A stretch of DNA of 64,000 nucleotides from Candidatus Nanopelagicaceae bacterium (GCA_049430265.1 JBMTBW010000002.1:112620-176619); one strand, 5' to 3'. Shown: positions 32,405-43,525, counted from the stretch's first letter. Notes: a model not told the origin generated them from the sequence alone. A program made the numbers and translations.

Positions 32405-33904
32405 ATGGGCTACATCGGCGCTCTCGACCAAGGGACCTCAAGCACTCGTTTCATAATCTTTAATCAAACTGGTCAAATCGTTGGACAAGAACAATTAGAA
32501 CACTCTCAAATTCTCCCCAAAGCAGGTTGGGTGGAACATGATGGTGCGGAAATCTGGCGAGCTTGCATCAGTGTTATTACTGGCGCGTTAAAGAGGGCTG
32601 GTATTCAAGGCTCAGATTTGAACTCAATTGGAATAACAAACCAGAGAGAAACCACTCTTATCTGGGATAAGAGCACCGGACTACCCCTTCATAACGCAAT
32701 TGTCTGGCAAGACACAAGGACGGCAGAGTTTCTAAACGCCTTAAGTGATCAGGTTAAAGAAAAGATCGTCTATAAAACAGGCCTTGCTATCGCCCCATAC
32801 TTTTCAGCAAGCAAGATTAATTGGCTAATTAAGAATTCTCCCGAAGTTGCCCTGGCAATAAAGGATGGAAGGGCGCTGGCAGGAACCATTGATTCTTGGC
32901 TGCTATGGAATTTAACGGGTGGAGTAAATGGCGGGGTCCACTACACCGATGTGACCAATGCCAGTAGGACGCTACTTATGAACCTTGAGAGCCTTGATTG
33001 GGATGGTGAGCTGTTAGAAATCTTTGAAATTCCTCGTCAGATACTTGCTGAAATCAAATCTTCTTCGCAAGTTTATGGCCACAGCATGAGTAATGGACCA
33101 CTTGCAAGCGCTGTTCCAATCTCTGGAATTCTTGGCGACCAACAAGCAGCGATGGTCGGGCAGACTTGTTTTGAACTTGGAGAATCAAAGACAACCTATG
33201 GCACCGGAAACTTTGCTCTGCTAAATACTGGAACCCAAATTGTTAGATCTAAGCATGGCCTATTAACAACGCTCTGCTATAAATTTGGTGACGACAATGC
33301 TCGATATGCACTTGAGGGCTCTGTAGCGGTTACTGGATCTGCTATCCAATGGCTTAGGGATCAATTAGGCATTATTACTTCAGCTCCCCAAGTTGAAGAG
33401 TTAGCAAAGAGCGTTAGTGATAATGGTGGGGTTTATTTTGTTCCTGCATTTTCAGGACTCTTTGCTCCTTACTGGCGAAGTGATGCAAGAGGGGTAATTG
33501 TTGGATTAAGTAGAGCTGCTACCAAAGCACACCTTGCCAGAGCAGCACTTGAAGCAATCTGTTATCAAACTCGCGATGTATTAGATGCGATGAGCGCTGA
33601 TAGCAATGTTGCTCTCACTGAAATTAGAGTAGATGGCGGAATTACTGCTAATGAATTATGTATGCAGATGCAGGCAGATATTATGGGAGTAGAAGTAATT
33701 CGGCCGGTGATAATTGAAACGACCGCCCTCGGCGCTGCCTATGCAGCAGGACTTGCAACAGGTTTTTATAAAGATACTAGTGAGCTAAAAGCCAAGTGGC
33801 GCGAAGATAAGCGCTTTAAGCCAGATAAAGCCAGCGCGCTTGCAACTACAGGATTTAAGAATTGGAAGAAAGCCATTGAAAAGACTCTAAACTGGCTTGA
33901 TTAA
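32405..33904 (+). CDS. glpK: Glycerol kinase
   Basis: The FGGY kinase N-terminus [16 protein letters not shown] begins at ATG 32405. The 71 extra codons in the track ORF run antisense through glpD. Confidence 0.95.
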   Translation: MGYIGALDQGTSSTRFIIFNQTGQIVGQEQLEHSQILPKAGWVEHDGAEIWRACISVITGALKRAGIQGSDLNSIGITNQRETTLIWDKSTGLPLHNAIVWQDTRTAEFLNALSDQVKEKIVYKTGLAIAPYFSASKINWLIKNSPEVALAIKDGRALAGTIDSWLLWNLTGGVNGGVHYTDVTNASRTLLMNLESLDWDGELLEIFEIPRQILAEIKSSSQVYGHSMSNGPLASAVPISGILGDQQAAMVGQTCFELGESKTTYGTGNFALLNTGTQIVRSKHGLLTTLCYKFGDDNARYALEGSVAVTGSAIQWLRDQLGIITSAPQVEELAKSVSDNGGVYFVPAFSGLFAPYWRSDARGVIVGLSRAATKAHLARAALEAICYQTRDVLDAMSADSNVALTEIRVDGGITANELCMQMQADIMGVEVIRPVIIETTALGAAYAAGLATGFYKDTSELKAKWREDKRFKPDKASALATTGFKNWKKAIEKTLNWLD

Positions 33905-36021
33905 AGCGCAGTTATTTCAATTAAAAGCGCTGATGCTGGGCGCAGGATTGGCGCGCTAAGGCCAATATTTTCAAGCTCTGAACCAGTTAATTCAAGACCA
34001 GTGGTAATCCATTTGGGCGGCTCGATAGCCATGAAATTTGATTTTTGACCTCCACTTAAAACCTTAACACTGTATCTGCGATCAGAATCAAGTCCTCTTA
34101 TGCGCATGCGCGGCGCGTGAGACTCTGGAATGGTCTCAAGACATGAGAATGAAAATAGCGCTGATTTCTTATCACTAGAAATGACGCCATTGAGATAGTG
34201 AGAATCCTTTGGATAATCGATGCGGATAACATCCCCGCTATGAAGAAGTTTGCGCTTTGATTTATAGAGAGTAATCCAGCTCTTTAATTCAGCTATCTCA
34301 CTGCTAGAAAGTTGAGTGATATCTCGCTCTACACCTGCGTGGCCAAAGAGAGCAGTTAGAGCTCTAAAAGAAAATGAGATAGATCTTCCAGTTTGATGAC
34401 CAGGATCTGCTCCAATATGAGTTCCGAGCAACTCAGGCGGAATAAATTGCGCGCTCCATCTCTGAATTCTGGCTCGCTCAAGAGCGTCATTATTATCGCT
34501 GGTCCAGAAGCGGTCGACTAAATCAATAATTCCTAGATCGATTCTTGCTCCCCCTGAAGCGCAAGATTCAATCTCTAGATTTTTATGGCGCTTCTTTAGT
34601 TCAGCAAAGAGACGATAAAGTCCTTGAGTTTGCTTTCTTATTGCAGCTCGGTTATTTGAGCCCGCATCAATAAGAACTCGATTGTGATCCCACTTGATAT
34701 AAGTAATCTGGTATTGAGTAAGAATTTTGTCTACTGAATCTAAGACATAGTTATATGCATCTTGATTATCAAGGTTTAGGACCAACTCATGGCGCCACGT
34801 TGGACCTACTCGATCTCCAACCTTTAATATCCAATTGGGATGTGAGCGATAGAGATCTGAATCAGGATTAACCATTTCGCCTTCAAACCAGAGGCCAAAC
34901 TCCATTCCTTTATCTCTTATGTAATTAGCAAGTGATCCAAGACCATTTGGCCACACATCTTTGCTTACCTGCCAATCACCAAGGCCGCTTAGATCACTTC
35001 TTCTGGAGCCAAACCAACCATCATCTAAAACAACTCGCTCAAAGCCGGCTTCAGCTGCCGTATCAACAATCTTCTTTATCTTCTCCTCATTGTGGTCAAA
35101 GTAGATTGCCTCCCACAAATTTAGGGTCATAGGTCGAGGAGTTTTTGGATGCACACTTCTTGCTCTTAAATGCTTATGCATATTTGAGGAAAGTCCATCA
35201 AGGCCAGCATTTGAATAGAGAGCAAAGAGATCAGGGGCTCTATAACTCTTACCTTTTTCAAGAATCACTTCGCCTGGAAGAAGTACTTCTCCGGCTGAAA
35301 TGCTTGCACTTCCCTCATAATTTTTTTCAATGCAATATTGGCTATCCCCACTCCATGCAAGGCTAAGCGCCCAAGATTGTCCTGATGCAAAATTAGTTTC
35401 TTTCTCTAAAGCAATCATTCCTATCGTGTAATTATGCCCAGGTCGTCCCTCATGGCTATCTCGAACATATCTGCCAATTGGAATATCTCGCCGCTGCGGA
35501 TTGCGCTCATTGGACCAGCGCCCAACAAAATCTAAGCTCTGGGTCGCACTATCACTAAGCGGCATCCAATAATTTAACTCATCCAGAAAATAAGTATCTC
35601 CAAGGTTTGTTAGTTCTTGCCAGAGCTTTAAAACTCCAAATTGATCTAGGGATGCGCCGATATCAAGAGTTAACTTGGCATCCTTATCTTCTAATTGAAT
35701 TTGAAAACTACTTTTATCGCTTTTAAATTCTTTGACGCTAAATTTTGTTGACCAATCAAGACCTGCTCTATGTCCCTTTATTGTGGGATATCCCAAATGT
35801 CCTCTTGAGTGCTCTCGCATCATTCCTGGATTAGTAACTGCATCAAAATCACTATTTGCAATGGAGCGATCAAAAAGTAGTTCACTTGCCTCGCCCTTAA
35901 AACTTGCGCCCCAATATCTAATAACCGGCGCGCCATCTATAACCTCAAGGAGTAAATCAACGCCGCCATTGCTTAGCTGCGCCCTGGCCCCGGCCTTAGA
36001 TGAAGGTATTGGAGAAGACAT
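33901..36021 (-). CDS. Alpha-galactosidase (GH36)
   Basis: GH36 catalytic motifs ([21 protein letters not shown]). I chose ATG 36021 (MSSPIPSS...). The longer track ORF overlaps galT. Confidence 0.9.
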   Translation of the reverse strand: MSSPIPSSKAGARAQLSNGGVDLLLEVIDGAPVIRYWGASFKGEASELLFDRSIANSDFDAVTNPGMMREHSRGHLGYPTIKGHRAGLDWSTKFSVKEFKSDKSSFQIQLEDKDAKLTLDIGASLDQFGVLKLWQELTNLGDTYFLDELNYWMPLSDSATQSLDFVGRWSNERNPQRRDIPIGRYVRDSHEGRPGHNYTIGMIALEKETNFASGQSWALSLAWSGDSQYCIEKNYEGSASISAGEVLLPGEVILEKGKSYRAPDLFALYSNAGLDGLSSNMHKHLRARSVHPKTPRPMTLNLWEAIYFDHNEEKIKKIVDTAAEAGFERVVLDDGWFGSRRSDLSGLGDWQVSKDVWPNGLGSLANYIRDKGMEFGLWFEGEMVNPDSDLYRSHPNWILKVGDRVGPTWRHELVLNLDNQDAYNYVLDSVDKILTQYQITYIKWDHNRVLIDAGSNNRAAIRKQTQGLYRLFAELKKRHKNLEIESCASGGARIDLGIIDLVDRFWTSDNNDALERARIQRWSAQFIPPELLGTHIGADPGHQTGRSISFSFRALTALFGHAGVERDITQLSSSEIAELKSWITLYKSKRKLLHSGDVIRIDYPKDSHYLNGVISSDKKSALFSFSCLETIPESHAPRMRIRGLDSDRRYSVKVLSGGQKSNFMAIEPPKWITTGLELTGSELENIGLSAPILRPASALLIEITAL

Positions 36022-36026
36022 ACGGG

Positions 36027-36033
36027 TAGAGTA
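36027..36033. promoter_or_regulatory. Shared bidirectional -10 element (TAGAGTA) for the alpha-galactosidase gene and galT
   Basis: The bottom strand reads TACTCT 6 nt before the alpha-galactosidase ATG. The top strand reads TAGAGT 10 nt before the galT ATG. The spacer is 21 bp. Confidence 0.35.
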
Positions 36034-36042
36034 ATAGCCATT

Positions 36043-37152
36043 ATGTCGAGTAAGAAACTCCCCGCAGGCGTTATTCGAAGTGATGCCACGCTCATGGATG
36101 GGCGCACCATCCGCTACTACGACACAAAGGGCCAATCTCGCACCGCAGTAGATCAAAGAAGTGGTGAAGAGCAACCAAGTATCGGCGAGATGCGCCTTGA
36201 TCCATTAAATAATGAATGGGTAGTGATTGCAGCCCATCGCCAGGAACGAGTATTTCTTCCACCTAAAGAATTAAATCCACTGGCTCCAAGTAAGCCAGGT
36301 TCACTTACTGAAATTCCAGAAAGTGATTATGAAGTGGTTGTCTTTGATAACCGCTCGCCATCACTTGCCGCTCCCAGATCAAGTTTTGAGGCAATAGATA
36401 ATCCAGACTTTTCGAGCCCAGCGATTGAATCAGCAGGCAAGTGTGAAGTTATCTGTTTTACATCGGATTATGAAGCCTCTTTTAAAGATCTCTCACACCG
36501 CCAGATAAGAACTGTTCTTGAGGCTTGGCGCGATCGCACTGCAGAGCTCTCGGAACTTTCCTATATTGAATATATAGCTGCCTTTGAAAATCGAGGGCAG
36601 GAAGTTGGAGTAACTCTTAATCATCCTCATGGCCAGATTTATGCCTACTCCTATCTACCTCCAAAAGCTGAGAGAGCGCTAGCAGTAGCAACTGCTCATA
36701 AAAATAAGACTGGAAATATTCTTCTTGAAGATATTTTAGCTAGAGAGCTTTCAGATAAAGTCCGCATCGTGGCTCAAAATGAGGAGTGGGTTGCCTATGT
36801 GCCATATGCCTCAAGATATCCATTTGAAATTCATCTTGCACCAAGAAGAAGTGTCCCTGACTTTATAGCTCTTGATGAAGCTGCATCAGATGCATTTGCT
36901 CCTCTTGCTAAAGAAGTTTTACTTAGACTTGATGGAGTCTTTGGTGTAACGATGCCCTACATCGCCTCCTGGCATCAAGCGCCAGTAAGAGTCGGTCGTG
37001 ATGTAACGCGTCTGCATTGGCAGATAGCCTCAGTTAGACGAGCTCCAGGAAAGTTAAAGTATTTAGCAGGATCTGAATCTGCATTTGGTGCATTTATGAT
37101 GGATCTAAAGCCAGAGCAATCTGCGGCGCAGCTGCGCGATGTGGCGCTTTAA
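36043..37152 (+). CDS. galT: Galactose-1-phosphate uridylyltransferase
   Basis: 369 aa with the HIT-type active site (LNHPHGQIYAY). Confidence 0.9.
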   Translation: MSSKKLPAGVIRSDATLMDGRTIRYYDTKGQSRTAVDQRSGEEQPSIGEMRLDPLNNEWVVIAAHRQERVFLPPKELNPLAPSKPGSLTEIPESDYEVVVFDNRSPSLAAPRSSFEAIDNPDFSSPAIESAGKCEVICFTSDYEASFKDLSHRQIRTVLEAWRDRTAELSELSYIEYIAAFENRGQEVGVTLNHPHGQIYAYSYLPPKAERALAVATAHKNKTGNILLEDILARELSDKVRIVAQNEEWVAYVPYASRYPFEIHLAPRRSVPDFIALDEAASDAFAPLAKEVLLRLDGVFGVTMPYIASWHQAPVRVGRDVTRLHWQIASVRRAPGKLKYLAGSESAFGAFMMDLKPEQSAAQLRDVAL

Positions 37153-37158
37153 AACAAA

Positions 37159-38286
37159 GTGGAAATAACAGAGTTATTCACTAAAGGCTTTGGCTATCCC
37201 CCTGCAGTAGTAGCAAGCGCTCCAGGTCGAGTGAACTTGATTGGCGAACATGTGGATTACAGTGGGGGTTTTGTTCTCCCCTTCGCTATCGATGCAGTAA
37301 CTATGTGTGCAGTTTCCAAAAGAGATGACAGAAAAATAAGAATTATTTCAGCGCAGAAGAAGAATGAAATGATTGAAAGTAATTTAGAAGCAATCGCTGC
37401 AAAAGATGGATCTACCTGGTCGAGATATATCTATGGTGTTATCTGGGCGATGGAAATAGATTCTGGCCTTGATATCTATATCGATGGAAAGGTGCCACTT
37501 GGCGCTGGATTATCTTCTTCAGCTGCCCTTGAGTGCTCACTTGCTACCGCACTAAATCATCTATTTCACTTAGAAAAAACTTTACCTGAGTTAGCTCGCC
37601 TGACCCAGAGAGCAGAAAATGAGTATGTCGGAGTGCCTTGCGGAATTATGGATCAATCAATTTCGCTAATGGCAAGAGCTGGTTATGGACTATTACTTGA
37701 TTGCCAGGATCTCTCAACTAGGCATATCAAAATTGATTTTGCTTCAAACTCTTTACGGCTTTTGATAATTGATACCCAGGCCCACCACGCCCTAACAGAT
37801 GGCGGATATGCCAAGAGACGTGAGAGCTGCGAGGAGGTAGCAAAAATCTTTTCTATTCCATCTCTTCGCCAGTTAACTATGGATAACCTGCTATCCCACA
37901 AATCAAAGCTAAGCGATATTCAATTTAAACGAGCGCGTCATGGCGTAAGTGAGATGGACCGAGTTTTAGATGCCACAAAGGCCCTTGAGGCGGGAGATTT
38001 TAAAGCTCTTGGTCAGTTATTAAATCAATCTCATAACTCGCTTCGAGATGATTATGAAGTCTCATGCCCTGAATTAGATCTAGCCGTTGATACCGCACTT
38101 AACTCTGGAGCCCTAGGGGCAAGAATGGTTGGCGGCGGTTTTGGCGGAAGCGCTATTGCGCTAATTAATGAAAGTGATGCAGGAGCAATTTCTCTAGCAA
38201 TAGAGAAAGCTTTTGCTCAAAGTGGATTTAAAGCGCCTAGATTTTTTGATTCGCTACCAAGTGATGGAGCTAAAGTTATTTCTTAA
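37159..38286 (+). CDS. galK: Galactokinase
   Basis: 375 aa with the galactokinase signature (GRVNLIGEHVDY) and the GHMP ATP motif (PLGAGLSSSAAL). The start codon is GTG. Confidence 0.9.
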   Translation: MEITELFTKGFGYPPAVVASAPGRVNLIGEHVDYSGGFVLPFAIDAVTMCAVSKRDDRKIRIISAQKKNEMIESNLEAIAAKDGSTWSRYIYGVIWAMEIDSGLDIYIDGKVPLGAGLSSSAALECSLATALNHLFHLEKTLPELARLTQRAENEYVGVPCGIMDQSISLMARAGYGLLLDCQDLSTRHIKIDFASNSLRLLIIDTQAHHALTDGGYAKRRESCEEVAKIFSIPSLRQLTMDNLLSHKSKLSDIQFKRARHGVSEMDRVLDATKALEAGDFKALGQLLNQSHNSLRDDYEVSCPELDLAVDTALNSGALGARMVGGGFGGSAIALINESDAGAISLAIEKAFAQSGFKAPRFFDSLPSDGAKVIS

Positions 38287-38522
38287 ACGACCGGCGTTAC
38301 TGAGATGACTTCAACGCCGCCAATTGCACTTAATACATTCACTAAATCTTGCGGATCACTTCCTGGAAATGCCACCGTAATGTCATCTATTCCTCGCCCG
38401 CCTTCAGATGAGAGAACAACAAGGCCGCGAATATCTCCGCCAGCAAAACCAATTGCAGATGCCACAGCGCCTAAAGATCCTGGGCGATCAGGAAGTGCTA
38501 CACGAATACGGACCATTGCCAT
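38283..38522 (-). CDS. Stand-alone ACT-domain protein
   Basis: 79 aa with a beta-alpha-beta-beta-alpha-beta ACT pattern (VRIRVALPDRPGSLGAVASAIG...). Confidence 0.6.
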   Translation of the reverse strand: MAMVRIRVALPDRPGSLGAVASAIGFAGGDIRGLVVLSSEGGRGIDDITVAFPGSDPQDLVNVLSAIGGVEVISVTPVV

Positions 38523-38544
38523 AGGGATGAGTCTAAATGAAAAG

Positions 38545-38617
38545 CTCCCTGACTTGGACTCGAACCAAGAACCTGCCGGTTAACAGCCGGCTGCTCTGCC
38601 AATTGAGCTATCAGGGA
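38545..38617 (-). tRNA. tRNA-Asn (anticodon GUU)
   Basis: 73-nt cloverleaf: acceptor TCCCTGA/TCAGGGA, anticodon stem GCCGG/CCGGC with loop CTGTTAA, T-arm CTTGG-TTCGAGT-CCAAG. It lies downstream of dnaG, as in many actinobacteria. Confidence 0.9.
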
Positions 38618-38634
38618 TCGTTCAGCGGCTAAAT

Positions 38635-40470
38635 CTAGGTCAGAGACTCCCCAAGCGCCAATTCTCGCTGGGCCCGCCTCTTTGCCTCCATCTCAACTAA
38701 CCTTGAAAACATCTGATTGTATTCACTCTCACTCTCAAGCGGATTTAATCGCTGGAGGCTTGATTTCACTTCAGCGATAGATCTGGCAAGTGCTACCTCG
38801 TTTAATCTGGCAGTAATACTTGAGACATAGCGATCTGAGATTTCACCATCGGTACGTATTGGTTCAACCATTAACTCAGTGATAAATGACTTAAGTTCAT
38901 CAGAGCCTGTCGCCTCTAAATTAACTGCCATCAAATCCTCTTGGGTATCAATAAATTCTCTTAGCTTGATATAGGCAGGATGTGAAAAGGCATTCTTTTC
39001 TAACTCTGGCCAATTTCTAACTAGCGCTGGCATCTGCAGACGAACCTTTAGAACTTCTCGCTCAAGAATTAATCTTGGCTCACTTGGATCTGGCCGCCAT
39101 TGCTCGCCAGCTAGCGCAGCATCAATACTTGCCGGCTTAGTTGAAGTGTTTTTCTTCACCGCAGCCATGACAACTTCAACTTCCATCCCAAGCCAGCCAG
39201 CAAGAGATCTTGCATACTCTGGTCTTAGTGAGGCATCTCGAATCTTTCCAATAAGAGGCGCAGCAGCATTTAGCGCTTGAACTCTGCCATCGGCATTGCC
39301 TAAATCAAATTGTTTTATAGAGCTCTTGATTGCAAACTCAAAAAGTGGGACCCGTCTTGCAATGAGATCGCGAAGAGCAGCATCTCCCATCTCTTGCCTT
39401 AAATCAGATGGATCTAACCCACTTGGCTCAACTGCGACATAGGTTTGAGTAACAAATTTCTGGTCATCGCCAAAAGCACGAAGCGCTGCTTTCTGTCCAG
39501 CAGCATCGCCATCAAATGTAAAGATCACCTCGCCGCGGAATGCATCATCATCCATTAATAGCCTTCGCAATATCCTTATATGCTCATCACCAAAGGCGGT
39601 TCCACAGGTAGCAACGGCGGTTGGTATTCCTGCTAAGTGCGCTGCCATTACATCGGTATAGCCCTCAACTATTACTACCTGGCGCTTCTTTGCTATCTCC
39701 TTCTTGGCCTTATCAAGACCATAGAGAACTTGGCTCTTTTTATAGATCGAAGTCTCAGGGGTATTTAGATACTTCGGACCAGTATCTTCTTCATCACTTG
39801 CTAATTTCCTAGCGCCAAAACCAACTAAATCACCAGAGATATCCCTGATGGGCCAGATCAAACGATTTCTAAAGCGATCAATAGCTCCTTTGGTTCCCTC
39901 TTTCGTTAATCCTGCGAGAAGAAGCTCCTCTGCGCTAAAACCTTTTCCAAGTAAGAATTTACTTAACGCATCCCATTGATCAGGGGCGTAGCCAATTTCA
40001 AATGATTGGCTAGCAGTTTTATCAAAGCCACGTTTAATTAGTAGCTCTCTGGCATGGCTTGCAGTAGGAAGTTGTAGTTGCTCTTGATAAAAAAGTGATG
40101 CTTGGCTATTTGCTTCAAGAAGTCTAGAGCGCTGAACTGTTGGAGCCTTTGCTCCGAAACTACTTTGTTCATAAGTTAACTGATAACCAATTCTTGAAGC
40201 TAATCTTTCGATAGTTTCAGTAAAACTCAAATGATCAATCTTCATAATAAAGGCAATGACGTCTCCACCTTCTTGGCAGCCAAAGCAATGAAAATATCCT
40301 CTAGCAGGAGTTACATGAAATGAGGGGCTCTTCTCATCATGGAATGGACATAACCCTTTCTTCTGTCCCCCACCAGCGCTCTTTAGTTGGACATAATCAC
40401 CGACAACTTCATCAATTGGTGAATGATCGCGAACATAGCTCACATCGGTATCGCGAATTCGTCCAGACAT
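38635..40470 (-). CDS. dnaG: DNA primase
   Basis: Zinc-ribbon motif (CPFHDEKSPSFHV...CFGCQEGGD) and TOPRIM motif (VIVEGYTDV). I prefer ATG 40470 (MSGRI...), which avoids overlap with dgt. Confidence 0.9.
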   Translation of the reverse strand: MSGRIRDTDVSYVRDHSPIDEVVGDYVQLKSAGGGQKKGLCPFHDEKSPSFHVTPARGYFHCFGCQEGGDVIAFIMKIDHLSFTETIERLASRIGYQLTYEQSSFGAKAPTVQRSRLLEANSQASLFYQEQLQLPTASHARELLIKRGFDKTASQSFEIGYAPDQWDALSKFLLGKGFSAEELLLAGLTKEGTKGAIDRFRNRLIWPIRDISGDLVGFGARKLASDEEDTGPKYLNTPETSIYKKSQVLYGLDKAKKEIAKKRQVVIVEGYTDVMAAHLAGIPTAVATCGTAFGDEHIRILRRLLMDDDAFRGEVIFTFDGDAAGQKAALRAFGDDQKFVTQTYVAVEPSGLDPSDLRQEMGDAALRDLIARRVPLFEFAIKSSIKQFDLGNADGRVQALNAAAPLIGKIRDASLRPEYARSLAGWLGMEVEVVMAAVKKNTSTKPASIDAALAGEQWRPDPSEPRLILEREVLKVRLQMPALVRNWPELEKNAFSHPAYIKLREFIDTQEDLMAVNLEATGSDELKSFITELMVEPIRTDGEISDRYVSSITARLNEVALARSIAEVKSSLQRLNPLESESEYNQMFSRLVEMEAKRRAQRELALGESLT

Positions 40471-40480
40471 GGCTGTAATC

Positions 40481-41722
40481 CTAAGCCCCAATCAATTTCT
40501 CATGGAGGGCGTATGCACCCATATCTGTTAATGAAGCCACCTGATCAATTACTACGCGCATTTTTGCCTCAGCGCTCTCTGCGACCTGCCATTGCTGGAG
40601 GAAGAAACTCTCAAGACTTGCTGGGGCAAGGCGGCTTACAGCCTCAACTAATTCAATAATTACCTCTTCTTGTCTTGCATAACGCTCCTTGGATACTTCT
40701 GCGCCGATTATGTAGTAACCCGCCATTGATTTAAGCAGCGCTACCTCAATTCTTACCTCACGCGGAACAATCAGATTTGCTTGATATCGAGTTAAATTCC
40801 CCTCGCCATATCTCTCTCTTGTGGCTCGCTCTGCATAGAGAGCGAAGCGACCTATTAATTGACTGGTCAAATCCTTTAACTGAGCAAGGTGTCTATGGCT
40901 TCTATCAAATTCTTTTGGCCAGCATGAGAGATTATGCAAAGAGTTAAGAGCAGATTTAGCCTCTTGCTCACTCAAATCAGGTAGGTAATCTCTAATTGCA
41001 GTCTGATAGAGATGCTCTAGATCGTCATTCAACTTTGAAATATCAATCTGTCCAGTAACTAGGCCATCTTCTAGGTCATGAACGCTATATGCCACATCAT
41101 CGGACCAATCCATAATCTGGGCTTCCATGCACGTTCTTGATTCTAGAGATTCTTGCCTGACCCAATTAAATATCTCTAAGTCATCTTGATAAACGCCAAA
41201 CTTATCTGGATTTTCTTTACTGCTCCAAGGATATTTTGTTGCCGCATCAAGGGTTGCTCGAGTTAGATTTAAGCCAACAGAGAGTCCATTTTGATCAACG
41301 GTCTTTGCTTCAATTCGAGTTAATAACCTAAAGCTCTGCGCATTACCTTCAAAGCCGCCGATATCTCTAGCAATCTTTGCAAGTGCTTTCTCGCCGTTAT
41401 GCCCAAATGGCGGATGTCCTAAATCATGAGCCAGACAGGCGCTTTCTAGAAGGTCAGGATCTGCGCCAAGGGCGGCGCCAATTTCTCTACCAACTTGCGC
41501 ACACTCAAGTGAGTGAGAAAGTCTCGTCCTTGGAAAATCACTTGCCCAAGGAACAGCTACTTGAGTCTTTGCAGCAAGACGCCTTAGGGCAAATGAATGA
41601 ATAATTCTTGCGCGATCTCTGGCAAACTCAGTGCGCCCCTTGCGCTTTGCTGGCTCATCGAGAAATCTTTCGCGATCCAGCTCGCTATAACCAAGATGCT
41701 CATTTGCAGGATGAAGGGCCAT
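40481..41722 (-). CDS. dgt: dGTP triphosphohydrolase-like HD-domain protein
   Basis: 413 aa with the HD motif (AHDLGHPPFGHNGE). It is in the conserved dgt-dnaG pair. Confidence 0.85.
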   Translation of the reverse strand: MALHPANEHLGYSELDRERFLDEPAKRKGRTEFARDRARIIHSFALRRLAAKTQVAVPWASDFPRTRLSHSLECAQVGREIGAALGADPDLLESACLAHDLGHPPFGHNGEKALAKIARDIGGFEGNAQSFRLLTRIEAKTVDQNGLSVGLNLTRATLDAATKYPWSSKENPDKFGVYQDDLEIFNWVRQESLESRTCMEAQIMDWSDDVAYSVHDLEDGLVTGQIDISKLNDDLEHLYQTAIRDYLPDLSEQEAKSALNSLHNLSCWPKEFDRSHRHLAQLKDLTSQLIGRFALYAERATRERYGEGNLTRYQANLIVPREVRIEVALLKSMAGYYIIGAEVSKERYARQEEVIIELVEAVSRLAPASLESFFLQQWQVAESAEAKMRVVIDQVASLTDMGAYALHEKLIGA

Positions 41723-41729
41723 AAGGTGC

Positions 41730-42353
41730 TTAGGCTACGTGGTCGCTGATATGTATGCCACGGCGCCCAAGGGTTAGATATGCAAGATAGGCCCCGCTCT
41801 CTCGCAATAAGTAGCGAAATCCAGCCTCTTCCAAGCTAGCGATGCCAACCCTTGTTGGTGAGCAGGTCGCGTTAAATCCAAAGTCACTTGCCATCGTCAT
41901 AGATCTTAAGCAGTGATAAGGATCGGTGACAATTATTATTTCTTTAATACCTTTTATTCCTTCAGCTTTCGATAGAGCCTGGATACTTCGAAAAGTATCG
42001 CGTCCCTTAGAAACTGCTGTAATGCTCTTTGCTCTTACTCCTTTAGAAATCAAATAACTTCTTGAAGCTGCTGCCTCGGTAAATCGATCTCCTGGCGCTC
42101 CCGCACCTAAGGTGTAGATTTCTGTGGCAAAGCCCTTCTCATAGATTCGAAGGCTCTCTTTCAGCCTTGCCTCTAAAACTTCACCAGGTCTTCCATCTAA
42201 TTGTGCGGCCCCCATAACAACTATCGCATCTGCTTTTCTAATGGTTTCATTCTGCGCGGTATACCAAGTCTTTCCAATTGCCCAAAGTGGAATAACTAAG
42301 GCAACTAGAAGTAGAAAGCTAATAAACTTCCAAGCAAATTTAAATAAGAACAT
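41730..42353 (-). CDS. YdcF/DUF218-family membrane-anchored protein
   Basis: 207 aa with an N-terminal TM segment and a DUF218-like core (IVVMGAAQ...IIIVTDPYHCLR). Confidence 0.7.
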   Translation of the reverse strand: MFLFKFAWKFISFLLLVALVIPLWAIGKTWYTAQNETIRKADAIVVMGAAQLDGRPGEVLEARLKESLRIYEKGFATEIYTLGAGAPGDRFTEAAASRSYLISKGVRAKSITAVSKGRDTFRSIQALSKAEGIKGIKEIIIVTDPYHCLRSMTMASDFGFNATCSPTRVGIASLEEAGFRYLLRESGAYLAYLTLGRRGIHISDHVA

Positions 42354-43525
42354 CAGCCGCCAGATCCAGAATCTTCGCCATCTACTGCAACTAGTTCCTC
42401 TGGATCATTGAGCCAGCCATCAGGCAGACTCACAGCGCGTCCATGGCTGGTTCGTCCTCGCGGCGCATCACCAATTGCAACTGGATATGGTTGATCAACT
42501 AATTGATCTAATAGCTGGCGAAGCTCAAGAAGTGATGAAACCATTCCAAATTTTGCTCGAAGCTCTCTTTCAACTCTAAAGCCCTTTAAATACCAGGCCA
42601 TGTGTTTTCTTAAATCTCTACAAGCTCTATCCTCACTTGAGAAATACTGAGTAAGAAGTTCTGCATGACGATAAATAATTTCTCTAACCTGAAATAGAGT
42701 TGGAAGAGCTCTTATCTCTTGGCCATTAAAGGCTGCAACTAAATCTGCAAATAACCATGGCCGTCCCAGACATCCTCTGCCCACTACAACGCCTGCACAT
42801 CCAGTTGTTTTCACCATCTCTATCGCATCAGAGCCGGACCAGATATCGCCATTTCCAAGCACTGGAATGCCAGTTGGAGCAAGGTGTTCAACTAGGTTCT
42901 TAATTTTGCTCCAATCAGATTTTCCTTCATAGAGCTGCGCGGCAGTTCTGGCATGAAGTGCCACCCATGCAACTCCTAGATCTGCAGCTATTTTCCCAGC
43001 ATCTAAATAAGTTTCATACTGACTATCAATTCCAACTCGCATCTTAACTGTTACTGGAATCTGATACTTACCTGCGCCCTTTACTGCCGCTTCAACTAAA
43101 GAAGCAAAGAGACGCCTCTTATAGGGAAGTGCTGAACCTCCCCCTTTTCTTGTGACTTTTGGAACTGGGCAACCAAAATTTAGATCTATATGATCTGCTA
43201 AATCTCTACTTCCTAAAATCTCAACTGCTCGTGATAAATCCTCTGCAGTTGTGGCATAGAGCTGAATAGAGCGAGGATGCTCACCAACTCCTGGCGTAAT
43301 CATTCTTAAAGTTTCGTCATTGCCTTCAATTAAGGCTCTTGCGGTAACCATCTCTGAGACAAAGAGGGCAGCGCCTTGTTCCCGGCAAAGCAATCGAAAA
43401 GCAGCATTGGTAATGCCAGCCATTGGAGCAAGAACAACTGGCACAGTTAAATCTAAACCGCCACCACGAATTGGAAGATGAAGCGGTTTTAGATCTAGCA
43501 GCCCAGTAGCCGTGGGGCTAACCAT
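42353..43525 (-). CDS. dus: tRNA-dihydrouridine synthase
   Basis: 390 aa with a Dus TIM-barrel motif ([13 protein letters not shown]) and catalytic Cys region (NFGCPVPKV). The N-terminal extent is uncertain, and it overlaps the glyQS 3' end by 31 nt. Confidence 0.85.
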   Translation of the reverse strand: MVSPTATGLLDLKPLHLPIRGGGLDLTVPVVLAPMAGITNAAFRLLCREQGAALFVSEMVTARALIEGNDETLRMITPGVGEHPRSIQLYATTAEDLSRAVEILGSRDLADHIDLNFGCPVPKVTRKGGGSALPYKRRLFASLVEAAVKGAGKYQIPVTVKMRVGIDSQYETYLDAGKIAADLGVAWVALHARTAAQLYEGKSDWSKIKNLVEHLAPTGIPVLGNGDIWSGSDAIEMVKTTGCAGVVVGRGCLGRPWLFADLVAAFNGQEIRALPTLFQVREIIYRHAELLTQYFSSEDRACRDLRKHMAWYLKGFRVERELRAKFGMVSSLLELRQLLDQLVDQPYPVAIGDAPRGRTSHGRAVSLPDGWLNDPEELVAVDGEDSGSGG

